64,000 bases of DNA, taken from contig NC_043005.1 in the NCBI RefSeq assembly GCF_006345805.1, positions 60,698,001 through 60,762,000 of the forward strand, given 5' to 3'. This DNA is from Octopus sinensis (taxonomy: Eukaryota). Made by a program: the position numbers and the translations under genes. Of the stretch, positions 43,073 to 55,069 are shown piece after piece (within the stretch, counting starts at the first letter, position 1; each line of letters starts with the position of its first letter). Below the pieces are notes generated by a model that saw nothing but the letters and a program-made list of their open reading frames with translations, made no database searches and had not been told where the DNA came from.

Positions 43073-43744
43073 TATACATATGTGATTCATATTTATGTGT
43101 GTGTATGTATGTATTATATATATCACATATATACATTCATATATATATATACATATATATATACATATGTATATGTATATATATGTGTATATATATGTAT
43201 ATATATATATACATGCATACATAAATGTATATACATACATACATTCATACATACATACATACGTAGGTAGGTAGGTATGATGGTATTTATATAATATATA
43301 ATTCATGGGTCATATCTTCCATGACTTAGATTATCAGTATGTGTGGATGTATGTAAATGCAAGAATAATTTTCTTCTATAACGTAATGCAGATTAAAGTT
43401 TTATCTTACCTTATCTTTATACATGATAGGAAGATTTTTTTAATTATAATGAAGATTTCCTTATCTATAATTGCAGTTTCATGTGTATGTGCATCAATGT
43501 TACATCGGATTATTTATTTTTTATCTGCATATTCTCGCAACTTGAACATAATTTGACACCGTATATGTTGTTGGATTTCTAATTATTGCAAAATTCATAT
43601 GAGCATTTAATTGAAACGTGTAGATGGTTTATTTTCATCTTTATCTATTTTAAGTGTTCCAGTGGCCACCTACACGAGATAACGTCTCCCAAAACTAAAA
43701 TAGCTGTTTACATCCGTGATTGTTACAGAGACACAGATTGAAGA

Positions 43745-43923
43745 AATCAGAAGTTTGCTTCGCAACCACGTGTTTGTAGGTTCAATCCCCTTGCGTGCTG
43801 TCACCTTGGACAAAACTTTTGGACTAGAGCCTCGGCCGACCAAGGACTTATTGATGAAGTTAGTAGACAGAAACAGTCAAAAGCCAGCTGCATTCGTATG
43901 TGTGTTGGTGTGTGTGTGTGTGT
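43745..43923 (+). mobile_element. Degenerate OR-type SINE 5' half
   Basis: gttcaatcccc...caccttggacaa...gcctcggccgaccaagg. Confidence 0.6.
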
Positions 43924-45140
43924 AACAAATTAAGAAGGTGATTTATTAGGAATTAGAACCTGAAGACAAAATTAATAGAGGTCACAAAAGTGACAGCGGG
44001 TGCCGACTAGCAACGCCGTTGCTAAAGAACAAACTCAAAAGACACGCGTTCACTGTCTTAAGGACAGACAAAGAGAAATAAGTCCTCAGCGTACATAACC
44101 GGATTGCGAGATCGGATTTCGATGTAGACCTTCTAAATCCTCATCAGCGGCTGTTAACGCCTAGGGTTGTAGTCGGCTGCCTTTGCCTGTCCTATAAGCA
44201 AAACTGTTGGAAATGTGCTGACTTTCGAAACGGTACAAGTGTAAACAACAAATTAAAAAGAGTGGCTTATCAGCAATTAGAACCTAAAAGCAGAATTAAT
44301 AGAGGTCACAAACGTAACACAGTGTAATGACTAGCGCTGCTTTTCCTAAATATAAGAGCTAGAATAAAGCAAAAGCCACAAAATCACTGTCTTAATGACT
44401 GACAAAGAGAGGTAAGTCCTCAGCGTATGTAGCCGAATCTCGATTTCACATTTTGATGTAGACCATTTTAATTCTCATCAGCAGCTCTTAAGTTTGCATT
44501 TTTGTTCAAATTGCTAATAAAGCAACCATTTTAATTTGTGGTTTACTCTTTTACCATTTTCAAAATCAGCATACGTTTCTTATAGGACTGACAGAAGTAG
44601 TAGAATTTAATCCTAGGCGTTAATAGCTGCTTATGAGGGTTAAGATGGCCTATATCAAAATCCGAAATCGAAAGTCGGCTTTGCACGCTGGGGACTTATT
44701 TCTCGTTGTCATTTATTAAGACAGTAATTTTGTGGCTTTTGAGTTATTTTAACTCTTAACTTTAGCAAATGCGTTGCTAGACAGTATCCTCTGTCACTTT
44801 TGTGATCGCTAATAATTTTGACTTTAGGTTCTAATCGCTAATGACCCACCCTTTCTTAATCTGTTGTTTACACTTATACCGTTTTGAAAATCAGCACTCG
44901 TTTTTAAAGTTTTAAGACTAACAGAGAGTGTTGAGTTTAACCATAGGCGTTAAGAACCGCTGATGAGGATTAAAATTGCTTCCATGAAAATCAGAAATCA
45001 TGACCTAGCTACGTACGCTGGGGACTTATCTCGCTTTGTCAGTCATTAAGAAAGTGATTTCGTGGCTTTTGAGTTATTTTAACTCTTATCTTTAGCAACA
45101 GCGTCGTTAGTCGATACCCTCAGTTACTTTTGTAACCTAT
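43924..45140. repeat. Old array of four ~325-330 bp units (two tandem plus two inverted), each with a decayed hammerhead core
   Basis: Period 323 (43924/44247) and 330 (44630/44960); ctcatcag at 44140 and 44474, cttatgag at 44630, ctgatgag at 44960. Confidence 0.8.
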
Positions 45141-45164
45141 ATTAATATATATATATATTCTTTC

Positions 45165-45360
45165 TTTTTATTCTTTTACATGTTTCGTTCATGTGATCAC
45201 GGCCATGCTGGAGTACCACGTTTAGTTGAACAAATCCACCTCGGGACTTATTGTCTGTATGCCAAGTACTTATTCTATCGTCTCTTTTGTTGAACCGGGG
45301 ATTAAACACACCAAAATCAGTATCAAACAATACTGGAGGAATAAGCACAGGCACACAAAT
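45165..45360 (-). mobile_element. OR-type SINE 3' half
   Basis: ggccatgctggagtacc...gggacttatt...agtacttattctatcg. Confidence 0.75.
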
Positions 45361-46280
45361 ACATACATACACACAAACATACATAGGTACGTACATACAT
45401 GCATACACTCACACATACACACACACGCACACATATACATATATGTGTGTGTTTGTTTGTATTTGTATATATATATATATATATATATTATATACGTGTG
45501 TGTCTGTCTATATTTGAGTTTGTGTTTGAATTTCCCCCCACCACCGCTTAACAAACATTGTAACTTTGTTTACGTTCTGGTAAATCATTATTTTTTCAAT
45601 AGAATAAGTACCAGGCTGGAAAATTAAGTATTGGAGTTAATTCATTCCATTAAATCTCTTCAGGGCAGCGCATCAGAAGCACAGAGCAAGTCAAATGAAA
45701 GATTATAAAAATAAGTATAAAAATTTAATAGTCTAAGGTGAATGTGTCAAAACCAGGCTTAAGTATACCATATGCGAAAATATCCAAATGAAATTAAGGA
45801 AGATATTTTGAATAAAATCATGAGTAGTTGCTAGTTTTAATGTTTAACCTAAGGTCAGGTCTTCCTGAACAAACACGTGATATAATAGACTTACCTTCTT
45901 TCCCAAAATTGCTGCTCGCCTTCTGTGAAAATTTGAAACATCTCAGATGTTATTTCAAAGAAAGATAGTGAATATATATAAGATTAATAATATTATAGTT
46001 TTAGGCATGATAATAATCATAATAAAAGTAGCAACAAACAAACATTTATTAACGATAAATCAGAATGTGGAAAATAACAGGTATGCTAGTTAAATCGTTA
46101 GAAAGCAGAGGCGTAAGCCAACCAGACAGCTAACTATCCGCCCCAGAAGACAGACAGACACACGTACACACATATATACATACATACATACCTACATTCA
46201 TGCATACATACATACATACATACATACATACATGCATGCATACATGCATACATACATAGTCACATATACATGTGTGTGCT

Positions 46281-46318
<38 letters not shown>

Positions 46319-46436
46319 CAATTAAGGAACGGCCATAATAGGCCATTCACCCACTAGAAATAACAGCCAAAGCTTCTACCGCAAATAAAGATTAATTCCG
46401 TAAACAGGAGAAAATTAAAAAAACATTTACCCTGTA

Positions 46437-46542
46437 ATTTCTTGTACGGTATACCGTTTCATCCGCTGTTTAATGGTAAACTAACCTGATTAAATTAAAT
46501 CAAGCCAATCTTCCATAAGCCCTCAGATTCTTCAGCAGAAAT
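46437..46542 (-). ncRNA. Type I hammerhead ribozyme (inverted copy; 1-nt deletion in the stem I 5' strand)
   Basis: Reverse complement of 47102-47208, with cagaaat instead of caagaaat. Confidence 0.7.
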
Positions 46543-47101
46543 AGCTCAAGTCGGAACAGATATTTACACGAGGCATACCCATCTTGCCAAGGCAATATCT
46601 GACCTAAAATTTTCAAATCGTCGCACTCGCGCCAAATTTATCGGCAGCAAATAATATCAGCCGTCGATTCCATACGGAATTAACCAAAAAATTCATAATT
46701 AATCAATATAGGGTGGCAAGGAACAGGGTAAATGTTTTTTTATTTTCTCCTGTTTACGGAATTAATCTTTATTTGCGGTAGAAGCTTGGCTGTTATTTCT
46801 AGTGGTGAATGGCCTATTATGGCCGTTCCTTAATTGTTAATGTTGAACTTAAAAATGGTCTATGACTATTTAATTTTTTCCCACTGGGCCGCTGGTGGCA
46901 ATAAAATTCTACAAAATTTTCCTGCCACCCTATATTGATTAATTATGAATTTTTTGGTTAATTCCGTAATGGAATCGACGGCTGATATTTATTTGCTGCC
47001 GATAAATTTGGCGCGAGTGCGACGATTTGAAAATTTTAGGTCAGATATTGCCTTGGCAAGATTGGGTATGCCTCGTGTAAATATCTGTTCCGACTTGAGC
47101 T

Positions 47102-47208
47102 ATTTCTTGCTGAAGAATCTGAGGGCTTATGGAAGATTGGCTTGATTTAATTTAATCAGGTTAGTTTACCATTAAACAGCGGATGAAACGGTATACCGTA
47201 CAAGAAAT
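47102..47208 (+). ncRNA. Type I hammerhead ribozyme with extended, branched stem II
   Basis: AUUUCUUG CUGAAGA AUCUG-(58 nt)-CGGAU GAAAC-GGUAUACC-GUA^ CAAGAAAU; 8-bp stem I; ACGGUAUACCGU stem III; predicted cleavage after 47200. Confidence 0.85.
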
Positions 47209-47428
47209 TACAGGGTAAATGTTTTTTTAATTTTCTCCTGTTTACGGAATTAATCTTTATTTGCGGTAGAAGCTTTGGCTGTTATTTCTAGTGGGTGAAT
47301 GGCCTATTATGGCCGTTCCTTAATTGTTAATGTTGAACTTAAAAATGGTCTATGACTATTTAATTTTTCCCACTGGGCCGCTGGTGGCAATAAAATTCTA
47401 CAAAATTTTCCTTGCCACCCTATATTGA

Positions 47429-47464
<36 letters not shown>

Positions 47465-47466
<2 letters not shown>

Positions 47467-48935
47467 TCTCTCTTCTCTCTCTTTGTTGCGTTTGTCCCTC
47501 CTCTCTCTCTCTCCTCTCTTTATCTCTTCCTTTGCTTCTCTTTCTTTTCTTTTCTCTCTTCTCTGTCACGTGACTGCTGGCCGAAATCTGCCTTTCAGCT
47601 TCTCACCAGCGTCGTGTTAACATCGTTGTTTTTCGTCCGCCGCTATAGGCATCGCCGATAAGGCTCCTTTCCAATGCGCCAGAGAAAACATTTGTTTGCT
47701 TGTTATCAGTCGTAAGACACTTGTTGTTGTTTCACCGTTAATGCATCTGTATTTCATGTTTCTGTATTCCATTATGTTTTTTGTTTTTTATATTCGTCCC
47801 TTTTGCTGTCCTGGTGTCCGTATGCATTCGATCCTTCTTCCAGGAAATCTACGCTCCCAGCTTAGTTTTTCTAATGCTCGTTGCTTAGTTTTCTTGGAGG
47901 GCTGGCCGTGATCTAGTAATCTCAAGATTAATCAGCCGAAATTACTACGATGATCCGGTTCTTGACTGAAGACTGAGGGTTTCGAATGTCCTGTCCGTGT
48001 TTATTGTATCGTCTTCTAAGAGTTATACGTTCTTGTCCATGTTGTATTTTTCTACATACCTTAACATATATTCCAGGCGCCACGTACCCTCTTAACATTA
48101 ATGTGAGCACATGTTCTTAATAATTGGTACGACTCTCTGTTTGTCTCTCTCTCTCTCTTATTTTTACTTGATCTGTCCCCTTCTCTCTCTTTTCTCTCTA
48201 CTCATCCTCTTTTTCTCTTCTCTTTCCTCTGATTCTTTGGTCTAATCTTCCACTACCCTCCTATTTCTTTGTCTCGCTCTGCACTCACAGGTCAATCTTC
48301 GACACCCATCCCTTCTCCTCTCTGATTCCTTCTTTCTCTCTCTTCTCTCTCTTTGTTGCGTTTGTCCCTCCTCTCTCTCTCCTCTCTCTCTCTCTTCCTT
48401 TGCTTCTCTTTCTTTTCTTTTCTCTCTTCTCTGTCACGTGACTGCTGGCCGAAATCTGCCTTTCAGCTTCTCACCAGCGTCGTGTTAACATCGTTGTTTT
48501 TCGTCCGCCGCTATAGGCATCGCCGATAAGGCTCCTTTCCAATGCGCCAGAGAAAAAATTTGTTTGGTTGTTATCAGTCGTAAGACACTTGTTGTTGTTT
48601 TCACCGTTAATGCATCTGTATTTCATGTTTCTGTATTCCATTATTGTTTTTTGTTTTTTTATATTCGTCCCTTTTGCTGTCCTGGTGTCCGTATACATTC
48701 GATCCTTCTTCCAGGAAATCTACGCTCCCAGCTTAGTTTTTCTAATGCTCGTTGCTTAGTTTTTCTTGGAGGGCTGGCCGTGATCTAGTAATCTCAAGAT
48801 TAATCAGCCGAAATTACTACGATGATCCGGTTCTTGACTGAAGACTGAGGGTTTCGAATGTCCTGTCCGTGTTTATTGTATCGTCTTCTAAGAGTTATAC
48901 GTTCTTGTCCATGTTGTAATTTTCTACATACCTTA
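47465..48935. repeat. 870-bp-period partial tandem repeat (X-Y-X), pLTR-like, between (TA)n tracts
   Basis: ttgttgcg at 47483 and 48353; ~600-bp near-identical copies 47465-48068 and 48335-48935; CT-rich segment as in 32.5-32.7 kb. Confidence 0.85.
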
Positions 48936-49458
48936 ATATATATATATGTATATATATATATATGTGTGTGTGCTAGTCAATCATGCTATATCTATGTATA
49001 TACGTGTGTATGTATGTCTGCATGTATGCATGTGTGTATTTACACACTAATAAAGTTCGTTTTCGTACTAAACACATGAATATTTTTTATCCTATTTACG
49101 TTTATGTGCTGGGAAAAAATAGAGCCCATTTCACTTATAGTATTGTCACCCTTTTGATGCAAATCAAATGAATGAAGTATATTCTTTGATTCTTTGTTTA
49201 TATATCACAAGCAGTTATATAATTTAATACTGATCCATTCAAAATGAAAGTGAAGCAACGCAAGCTGATATGCAGATATATAATAGCAATGCATTACGTA
49301 TATTAAAGCAAGGGGCATACATACATAGATGTACCCGATCAATTTTGTTTCTTTATAACTTCTAGAAAAATACATATATCATAATGAAATTTTCTAGAAA
49401 ATATACTTTCGATTATATCTGAATTTGTTGTGAAAAAAATGTATTCGGGGAAATGGTG

Positions 49459-49865
49459 ACTCTTTTACTCTTTTACGTGTTTCAGTCATTTGACTGCGGC
49501 CATGCTGGAGCACCGCCTTTAATCGAGCAACTCGACCCCGGGACTTATTCTTTTGTAAGCCCAGTACTTATTCTATCGGTCTCTTTTGCCGAACCGCTAA
49601 GTAACGGGGACATAAACACACCAGCATCGGTTGTCAAGCAATGCTAGAGGGACAAACACAGACACACAAACACACACACGCACATATATATATACATATA
49701 TACGACGGGCTTCTTTCAGTTTCCGTCTACCAAATCCACTCACAAGGCTTTGGTCGGCCCGAGGCTATAGTAGAAGACACTTGCCCAAGGCGCCACACAG
49801 TGGGACTGAACCCGGAACCATGCGGTTGGTTAGCAAGCTACTTACCACACAGCCACTCCTGCGCC
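49459..49865 (-). mobile_element. Full-length OR-type tRNA-derived SINE
   Basis: Minus-strand head ggcgcaggagtggctgtgtggtaag...ggttcagtcc (A/B boxes), ccttgggcaagtgtctt core, (aaaagagt) tail. Confidence 0.92.
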
Positions 49866-50439
49866 TATGAGAGATGTTTCAGAAAATTCATTCGAATCAG
49901 ATTTCCTTCCTTATATATATATCTGCAGAGTAGGTTTTTTTAAATGAAAGTTTCGATAAATACCGATCAGATGGTGTAAATTACCATAATATTGCAATTT
50001 AAAATGAAACCAGAAATTTGTAGGATAGCACACATGTATAGTGACACAGATTACACTCTTCTTTTAAAATTCATTTCAAAATAAATTCTGATCTAAACGG
50101 AATCTGCACCGTGTCAAGCATATTTGTAGGAACCTTCATTACAAAATATCAATTTTTCTTAGAGTTATGAAGAAACTAATACGGTAGTTCACATATGTGT
50201 TTGTATGGAACAGCAAACTCCAGGCGGTCACTTTATATTACTGCGCATGCGTTGCGGATAGTCCGTGGTATATATATATATATATATATTTCTTTTAAAA
50301 TATATGTATGTATGTGTTTGTGTGAGTGCGTGTGTGTTAGTATGTAAATAAATATGTACACATTTAGAAGTTATTCAGCTGGAGCTGAATAGTTTTAATC
50401 CAGCTGACGCCACAAATACTTATTCATTCTTTTATTTTT

Positions 50440-51092
50440 TTTACTTGTTTCAGTCATTTGACTGCTGACATTCTGGAGTACCACTTTAGTCGAATGACTC
50501 GATCCCAAGACTTATTCTTTGTGAGCCTAGTTCTTATTTTATTGCGCTCTTTTTCTGAACCGCTAAGTTACGGGGACGTAAACACACCAACAACTGCTTT
50601 CAAACGATGTGGGGGGGGGCAAACAGACAGACACACACACACATACACACACATATTTATATATATAGATATATATATATATATATTTCTTTATTGCCCA
50701 CAAGGGGCTAAACATAGAGGGGACAAACAAGGACAGACAAACGGATTAAGTCGATTACATCAACCCCAGTGCGAAACTGGCACTTTATTTATCGACCCCA
50801 AAATGATGAAAGGTAAAGTCGACCTTGGCGGAATTTGAACTCAGAACGTAACGAAAGACGAAATACCGCTAAGCATTTCACCCGACGCGCTAACGTGTGT
50901 GCCAGCTCGCCGCCTTATATATATATACTATGGGCTTCTTTCAGTTTCCGTCTGCCAACTACACTCGCAAGTCTTTGGTCGGCCCGAGGCTATAGTAGAA
51001 GATACTTTCCCAAGGTGCTACGCATTGGGACTGAACTCGGCACTCTGTGGTTGGGAAGCAAACTTATTACCACACAGACACGCCTGCGCCTA
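50440..51092 (-). mobile_element. OR-type SINE interrupted by a nested OK SINE
   Basis: 3' half 50440-50650 and 5' half 50925-51092 flank the insert. Confidence 0.85.
50686..50914 (-). mobile_element. Full-length OK-type SINE nested in the internal microsatellite of an OR SINE
   Basis: Minus strand ggcggcgagctggcac...gttctgagttcaaattccgccaaggtcgac...; (TA)n on both sides. Confidence 0.9.
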
Positions 51093-51829
51093 TACTGAAT
51101 TATATTTCCTATTGCATCCTTGTATATGATACTTACACCCATTTTTATATTAATTGGGAAGAGCGTAAATGATACTGAAGTACTTATATGCATATGGCCG
51201 GATAGAATAACAAGTTTTGTTTTCATAATTCAGTTTTCTTTCTTTTTGTAAATTTCCTACACAGACACAAAGTCAGATATTTGGTGAGCGCGTTGTACAT
51301 TCGATAATAATGGCTCAATATGCGGTCAGTGCTTGATTTTATCGGCAGGGGAAAGAAGAAAAACAAAGATATACTCAAGGGGATCGGAACATAGAAAGCA
51401 AATTTCTGGTACATATACTTCTCTTACATTTCTACCAATTCCACCTTTCACTAAAGTGGAAATATTAATTATCAATAATTATTGATATATAATTTAGAAA
51501 AAAATTATTAATTTAGAAAATATTTTAACACAATTAATGTGCACTAGCTAATTAGACACTTAATTTTAGATATCCCACTGTGAGAAACTAAGTGTTTTCT
51601 TTCGAAAATATAGCAAATATTTTTATAGAGTGTTTACTAAATATTGGTTCTCTATATGGGCGCTCAGATTTCGTTGGTGAGGAAGTATATTTGACTGAAG
51701 CTAAGCAAGTATTTTACTTGTATTCATTTCTTCGACGTATGCAGAAAATCTCGTCGTAATCGAAACAAATTGATTTATCACTAAATATGGGTTAATAACG
51801 ATTTACTGTAATTTCAAAGCATAGTATTT

Positions 51830-52070
51830 TTTTTACTTGTTTCAGTCATTTGACTGCTGACATTCTGGAGTACCACTTTAGTCGAATGACTCGATCCCAG
51901 GACTTACTCTTTGTGAGCCTAGTACTTATTTTACTGTGCTGTTTTTCTGAACTGCTAAGTTACGGGGACGTAAACACACCAACAACTGCTTTCAAACGAT
52001 GGTGGTGGCGGGGGACAAACATATACATATACACACACACACAGACACACACAGACACACACATACACAT

Positions 52071-52147
<77 letters not shown>

Positions 52148-52255
52148 CTATGGGCTTCTTTCAATTTCCGTCTGCCAACTACACTCGCAAGTCTTTGGTC
52201 GGCCCGAGGCTATAGTAGAAGATACTTTCCCAAGGTGCTACGCAGTGGCACTGGA
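51830..52255 (-). mobile_element. OR-type SINE, sister copy of 50440-51092 without the nested insert
   Basis: Shares private variants (gctgacattctggagtaccactttagtcgaatgactcgatccca; gccaactacactcgcaagtc). Confidence 0.88.
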
Positions 52256-52339
52256 CAAGTAAATTATGAATGTAGTTTATTTGGGCCAGCGAGTTATTGC
52301 ATTTTAGTGCATAAAATATTACATTGAAAGAAAGTCGAA

Positions 52340-52720
52340 CTAGTCGTTTTCCAATCGCTGCCGGACTCGCTAAAGCATTGGCTCGTAGAAGTTTGCTACA
52401 CGGACTCACCAGTATGTTGACATATCCGGATGTGAACTAATCACCTTGTCCAAGAGTGAGGCGTCCACTGAGGCTCAAGTGTAAATACAGGGTAACGGAC
52501 GATTGGTGAAAACAGACACTAAATAAACCAGAAGCAGGTAACAAGAAGCTACTAGCGAATCTTGCCCAACGAAAATCATGGATCTTCAAGCGTCGTCACG
52601 GAGCTGAATAGTCGCTAAGAGATTCAGATGTGATTCACGAAGAGAACAAAATAGACAAAGAAAGGGAGGTAAATGAATAACATAAGCTAAAGACACATCG
52701 CTCTTAGCAGCGGCACACGT
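52340..52720 (-). promoter_or_regulatory. CpG-enriched candidate promoter / first exon with a strong minus-strand donor
   Basis: CATACTG|gtgagt at 52410/52409; ATGTCAACATACTG (MSTY-) at 52423-52410 with an upstream in-frame stop; non-repetitive and CpG-richer than the flanks. Confidence 0.35.
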
Positions 52721-52856
52721 TAAAGTTGCTGTATGTTTAACTGCTTTAAAAAAAATTGAGCTGGGAACCTAGTGTTATCAATTTTGATATGCAGTATACA
52801 GTGAAATATTTCTCTTACAACGTTTTCATTCGTCTCACTGTCAGTACCATGACAAC

Positions 52857-52921
<65 letters not shown>

Positions 52922-52924
<3 letters not shown>

Positions 52925-53606
52925 GAAATATTACAAGTAACTGCAGAATATGTGGAGATGGACAAGAAACAATAAATCATATTATCTCTAGCTGCCCAGT
53001 CCTGGCTAAGAAGGAATATATTCACAGACATGACAGAGTTGGAACCTACATACATTGGAAGCTATGCCAACATTATGGAATAACAACAGAAAAAGATGGT
53101 ATAGGCACACACCAGAAAAGGTCACAGAAAACGACAAAGCAACCATACTCTGGGATATGCCGATACACAGATAGAGAAATTAAGGCCAACAGACCAGATA
53201 TAGTTGTCAGAGATCATGAAGAAAAAAAATGCTTTCTAATTGATGTATCAATACCGGCAGATGACAACGTGTCTCTAAAAGAAATGGAGAAACTCTCAAA
53301 ATACAAAGACCTGGAAATAGAGGTAACTAGAATGTGGAATCTGAAAACAGAAACAATTCCTATCATAGTAGGTGCATTAGGCATGATAAAAAAATATTCA
53401 GACAAATACATAACAATAACACCAGGACTTACAAACACATATAACATACAGAAAATTGCACTACTAGGCACTGCACACATCCTACGCAGAACACTTTCCA
53501 TACAATAACCATCAGAGCATCACAACAAATCACAGCACATACCCAAGGCACACAGAGCTGCGCTCGGTCGTGAAGTGAAAGCACGCTATAAAAATAAAAC
53601 TACTGA
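52922..53606 (+). mobile_element. 5'-truncated R4/Dong-like non-LTR retrotransposon (CCHC knuckle + restriction-like endonuclease + 3'UTR) inserted in (TAA)n
   Basis: CRICGDGQETINHIISSC, RHD, RPDIVV, LIDVSIP, KLSKYKDL, IPIIVGALG, stop at 53508; one frameshift near 53090; (TAA)n on both sides. Confidence 0.92.
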
Positions 53607-53672
53607 ATAATAATAATAATAATAGTGATAATGATGATGATAATAGTGATAATAATAGTGATAATGATGATG

Positions 53673-53721
<49 letters not shown>

Positions 53722-54951
53722 CAACAACAACAACGACGACGACGACGATGAGTATGATGATAATGATGATGATGATTTCGTGTTTAGAACAATCAATGCA
53801 TTACTCTCTTGAGTGTTTATCATTTTTAAGTTTTTATTTGTAGCCGACATGTCTTGTTCCATTTTGACGAAGCAGTGTTAAAGATTTATTAAATCCAATT
53901 TTCGGCATCTCTATCTTGTTAGTTTATATGTTTGATCATTAATCTAGGAAACCGTATTTCCATTTCGGTCGCCAAGAAAATATTTCAAACATTACGATTT
54001 TCTTCATTATAAAGAGGTTGTTTGAATTTTGAATTGTCGATAAGAGAAATATCGAATTTAGCTGAGTAGGAGGAAGGAGTTTATTTATCGTTAATCTTCA
54101 ACTGCTATACAACGATATCGATTAAATTATTTTGCACCACGGAAGCAAGATGAAAGTAGTGGAGTATTAATTCAGGTTGAGTTGCCCTATCTTCAGATAA
54201 ACATGATGTTCAGGAGTCACAGAGACCAAGTTAGAACACTAGTCATATGTCAATATAACATATCTTGAAATCGACATTTTTTTTTCATATTCTGGTTCAA
54301 AACACCTTACTGCCAATAGTCCGATTCAGCCCACTCAAAAAAACATGAACTGTTGGGTCTTCAAACGGTTCTAAACAGTATAGATACTATATAACCAAGT
54401 ATTGTTACAATGTGCGGCATTGATGTATTTTTATTCTCCTATACGCGAAGTTCATCGCAGAATTTCTCAGGCTGACTCACAAAAGAATATGATTCTGCGA
54501 GAATTGTTGTTATTGTTGCTAATGTTTTGTCTGCTTTCGTTTCTTCTCATTTAAATAACCACGGGTTATTCGTAATAATGAAAATAGACTCTTAGCTAGA
54601 TGACAGAAAGCTTTATAGTTGGGATTCAAAAAGAAAATCATATTTTGCAAGAGATAAACTAGGATAAGATATTTGAGAAAGAAACCAGAACAAAGCTTTA
54701 GAAGATATTCAGAGATAATGATTTGGAAATTGCATGAGGAATACATAATAAAGTGTCCAACATTTTCGTAATACTATTATTATATGTGATATAACTACAG
54801 AAGCCTTTGCTTATTTGGTGATCGGGTCAATATTTAGAGAATCACTAAATCTCCAATAACTTATCAACCTGTCTTAACACATAGAAATTGCTGTCAAATG
54901 ATATGTAGCTCACATATAGACACACATATACATACAGGCATGTATGTATGC

Positions 54952-55018
<67 letters not shown>

Positions 55019-55069
55019 TATATATATATATATATATAATATATATATATATGCATACATATATTGTGT

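Larger units (their letters stand above)
46314..47436 (+). mobile_element. Retrozyme-like insertion: ~487-490 bp unit, ~1.5 direct copies (46723-47436) plus an inverted copy (46314-46721), within (TA)n
   Basis: acagggtaaatg recurs at 46723 and 47210; the left ~410 bp is the reverse complement; hammerhead on both strands. Confidence 0.85.

Noticed and set aside
47960-48000. CTGAAGA...CGAATGTC as a hammerhead
   Set aside because: No pairing stem II, no GAAA and no stem I on either strand
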